Assembly (NCBI GenBank): GCA_040772365.1
Contig: JAXGYI010000005.1
Span: 5,132 to 69,131 of the forward strand
Direction of reading: 5' to 3'
Length of the DNA: 64,000 bases
Origin: Candidatus Moraniibacteriota bacterium
Lineage (GTDB): Bacteria > Patescibacteriota > Minisyncoccia > Moranbacterales > GCA-2747515
Part shown: positions 59,817 to 64,000 of the stretch, piece by piece
Numbering within the stretch: the stretch's first letter is position 1
Layout of the letters: every line of letters begins with the position of its first letter
Program-made: the position numbers and the translations under genes
Notes under the pieces: model-generated
Databases searched by the model: none
What the model was told of the DNA's origin: nothing
What the model saw: only the letters and a program-made list of their open reading frames with translations

Positions 59817-61314
59817 TATGGGCAAAGATCATATTATTGAGCAGTTGAAGAAGGAAATTGCCGGTGTCACATTGGATGCGCAGTCGGCAAAAGTTGGCAC
59901 AGTGTTAGAGGTGCGTGATGGTACAGTGCGGATTGATGGATTGACAGATGTAATGGCGTCGGAAATGGTGCAGTTTCCGGATGGTACGATTGGTGTAGCA
60001 CTGAATTTGGAGGAGGATCAGGTTGGTGCAATGGTACTGGGCGATTATCGTGGTATTAAAGAAGGGGATACAGTGCGCGCTACTGGTAATATTCTCTCTA
60101 TTCCTGTAGGCGAGGATGTGATTGGTCGGGTTATTAACCCCCTTGGGCAAGCGCTAGATGGCAAGGCGGACATTTCTTCTGCCACACGCTATCCGATTGA
60201 GCGTAATGCTGCCGGTGTGATTGCACGCAAGAGTGTGCATCAGCCCGTGCAAACAGGCATTAAAGCAATTGATGCCATGATCCCCATCGGTCGCGGGCAA
60301 CGAGAGCTGATTATTGGTGATCGTCAGATTGGTAAAACTGCTATTGCCATTGATACCATCATCAATCAAAAGGGGCAGGATATGATGTGTGTGTACGTGG
60401 CGATTGGACAGAAAGAATCCAAAATTGCACGTATTGTGAAGGAGTTGGAGGAGCATGGCGCAATGGCATACACAACAATCGTTGTTGCTGGTGCGGCTGA
60501 AGCAGCATCATTTTCCTATATCGCGCCGTATGCTGGTGCAGCAATTGCAGAGTATTTTATGGACAAAGGTAAGGACGTGCTAGTTGTTTATGATGATCTT
60601 TCTAAACACGCATGGGCGTATCGTCAAATTTCTCTAATCCTAAAGCGTCCGCCGGGGCGTGAAGCCTACCCTGGTGATATTTTCTATCTCCACTCACGTC
60701 TACTAGAGCGTAGTGCAAAATTGAACGATGATCTTGGTGGTGGATCTATGACAGCGTTGCCAATTATTGAAACGCAGGCAGGTGATGTTAGTGCGTATAT
60801 TCCAACAAATGTCATTTCGATTACTGATGGGCAAATTTATCTAGAGGCGGATTTGTTTAATAAAGGGATACGTCCGGCAATCAACGCAGGTCTTTCTGTT
60901 TCTCGTGTGGGATCCAGTGCGCAGACAAAGGCTATTAAGAAAGTGTCTGGCAAACTGCGCTTGGATCTGGCGCAATTCCGTGAATTGGAAGCTTTCGCGC
61001 AATTTGGCTCTGATTTAGATGCACAGACGCGTGCACAGATTGAGCGTGGACGTCGCACAGTGGAAGTTTTGAAGCAGAATCAATATGCACCGATGCCATT
61101 TGAGGAACAGGCAGTCATTTTTTATGCACTGACAAATGGATTTATGGACGATGTTGCAGTGGAAGAGATTCGTACATGGGAGGAGGGTTTCTGTGCGTAC
61201 ATGCGTAACCAGCATCAGGATCTTTTAGAGGACCTTATCCGTGGAAAGGAATGGACAGATGATCTCACTGCACGTGTAGAGAGTGCCATCAAAGACTACA
61301 ATGATACACTCTAA
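59817..61314 (+). CDS. atpA: F0F1 ATP synthase subunit alpha
   Basis: [19 protein letters not shown]-loop. Start is taken at MGKDHIIEQ (ATG at 59817) rather than the upstream ORF-track start. Confidence 0.95.
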
Positions 61315-61343
61315 GCTACGTTTGTACTATATGCAATAACGCT

Positions 61344-62300
61344 ATGATGAATTCCAAAGAAATTCGTAGACGCATCAATTCGGTGAATAATACCGGGAAA
61401 ATTACACGTGCCATGGAAATGGTGTCGGCATCTAAAATGCGTAAAGCGACCGATCAGGTGTTGAGGGTGCGTGACTATGCACATGCGGCGTGGGGTATTT
61501 TGACAAATCTTGCGCGCTCGTTTGAGCAGTACAATCACGGTCTTTTGGAGGTGCGTGAAGTGAAAAACGTTTTGATGATCGTGATTACATCCAATCGTGG
61601 ACTGTGCGGATCATTTAACACACATATCATGAAAATGGTGCGTGAGCAGGTTACGCACCCAGAACAGCTCAAAATTAATCGTATCGGCAAAAAGGTAGTG
61701 GCATCCGCTGTGTCGGATGAGGATTTGACAGTGGATTTTATTACCGTGGGACGCAAAGGGGAGGGCTTGGTACGCAAGATGAATCGAAAGATTATCGCAT
61801 CGTTTCCTGAACTGACATACCTGCCATCCATTGAGCAAGTACGGCCTTTGGCAAAAATCGTGATCGATGCGTATCGAGATCGACGTTATGACAAGGTTGT
61901 GATTGCGTATACGGACTATGTCTCGACAATTGTACAAACGCCAAAGATTCGTCAGGTGTTGCCGATCTCTAAAGTGGATTTAGAAAAGCAGATTGCGGAA
62001 ATGGATTCTACGGCAAAGGAGCGTAGCCTTGCTGTGGCGCAGATGGAGTACAAGGTAGAGCCGAGCCCGGAAGATGTACTGACGCGTATTTTTCCTGCGT
62101 TGATTGAGATGCAAATCTACCATGCGATTTTGGAATCCAATGCATCTAAGGAATCGGCGCGGATGATGGCAATGCGCAATGCGACCGATGCTGCCAAGGA
62201 GATGGCGGAAGGCTTGACGCTTGCGTATAATCAAGTGCGGCAAATGAAAATTACCAATGAGATTGCAGAAATTAGTGCTGGTCGCGCTGCGCTAGAGTAG
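61344..62300 (+). CDS. atpG: F0F1 ATP synthase subunit gamma
   Basis: Canonical gamma N- and C-terminal helices (MMNSKEIRRRINSVNNTGKITRAMEMVSASKMRKA ... NQVRQMKITNEIAEISAGRAALE). Confidence 0.9.
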   Translation: MMNSKEIRRRINSVNNTGKITRAMEMVSASKMRKATDQVLRVRDYAHAAWGILTNLARSFEQYNHGLLEVREVKNVLMIVITSNRGLCGSFNTHIMKMVREQVTHPEQLKINRIGKKVVASAVSDEDLTVDFITVGRKGEGLVRKMNRKIIASFPELTYLPSIEQVRPLAKIVIDAYRDRRYDKVVIAYTDYVSTIVQTPKIRQVLPISKVDLEKQIAEMDSTAKERSLAVAQMEYKVEPSPEDVLTRIFPALIEMQIYHAILESNASKESARMMAMRNATDAAKEMAEGLTLAYNQVRQMKITNEIAEISAGRAALE

Positions 62301-62329
62301 TATTATATATTGATCAATTTACATTATAA

Positions 62330-63733
<1,404 letters not shown>

Positions 63734-63747
63734 CTCTCGCGTCTATG

Positions 63748-64000
63748 GCAACAATTACACTCAAAGTGATTACGCTGGATCGTGTGGTGTATGAAGGTAC
63801 TGTAGATCAGGTTACACTGCCAGTCACAGATGGTGAGGTGACGATCTTGCCACAGCATCGTTCGTACATCGCATCACTGACATTTGGGGAAATCATGATG
63901 CGTGCTAGTGATGAGCAGCACAGCATTGCTGTTGGTGGAGGCTTTGTGGAATTTGCCGATAACACACTAACAGTTCTCGCTGATATGGCAGTGCGTGAGG
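63748..64000 (+). CDS. atpC: F0F1 ATP synthase subunit epsilon, N-terminal part (runs off the window)
   Basis: MATITLKVITLDRVVYEGTVDQVTLPVTDGEVTILPQHRSYIASL... is a canonical epsilon beta-sandwich. Not in the ORF track because it is edge-truncated. Confidence 0.85.

Overview
This 64-kb window is a gene-dense chromosomal segment (GC about 47-50 %) from a bacterium with a small, streamlined-looking genome, possibly a Patescibacteria/CPR-like organism; that placement is inferred from gene content only and is low-confidence. Standard genetic code: TAA, TAG and TGA all end conserved genes where expected. Order of content: partial manC (-), ispG, a minimal suf operon (sufS-sufU-sufT, -), dxs, a YgjP-like HExxH hydrolase, tRNA-Leu(CAG), trmH, a low-GC island with two secreted proteins (one with a CBM-like domain plus three ~45-aa repeats), the infC-rpmI-rplT operon (-), tmRNA (ssrA) next to smpB, a tidy monocistronic small-ORF/ncRNA locus, decayed proline biosynthesis genes (proB with one in-frame TAA, proC reduced to an N-terminal stub) next to an intact archaeal-type proS, a truncated tsaB-like gene, a membrane-anchored DsbA-like oxidoreductase, rpoB-rpoC, an M23 peptidase, rny, hup, two adjacent paralogous genes sharing a 454-bp ~99.5 % identical 5' membrane-anchor module but carrying different peptidoglycan-hydrolase domains (M15-like peptidase vs GH23 lytic transglycosylase), a beta-CASP RNase, a rhodanese, two tandem double-domain GH130-like genes, PhoH2 (PIN-PhoH), mscL, a HAD phosphatase, ftsK, rodZ-like, recA, a type IV pilus cluster (pilM-pilN-pilO-pilB-receiver-pilT-pilC), yjbQ, pcm, mltG, tRNA-Lys(UUU), a BNR-repeat lipoprotein, frr, rseP, and the F1Fo ATP synthase operon (atpZ-B-E-F-H-A-G-D-C, with C truncated by the window edge). 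No CRISPR array, rRNA, transposase or integrase was seen. The most unusual items are the duplicated-module cell-wall hydrolase pair, the low-GC secreted-protein island, and the decaying proBC pathway beside proS.
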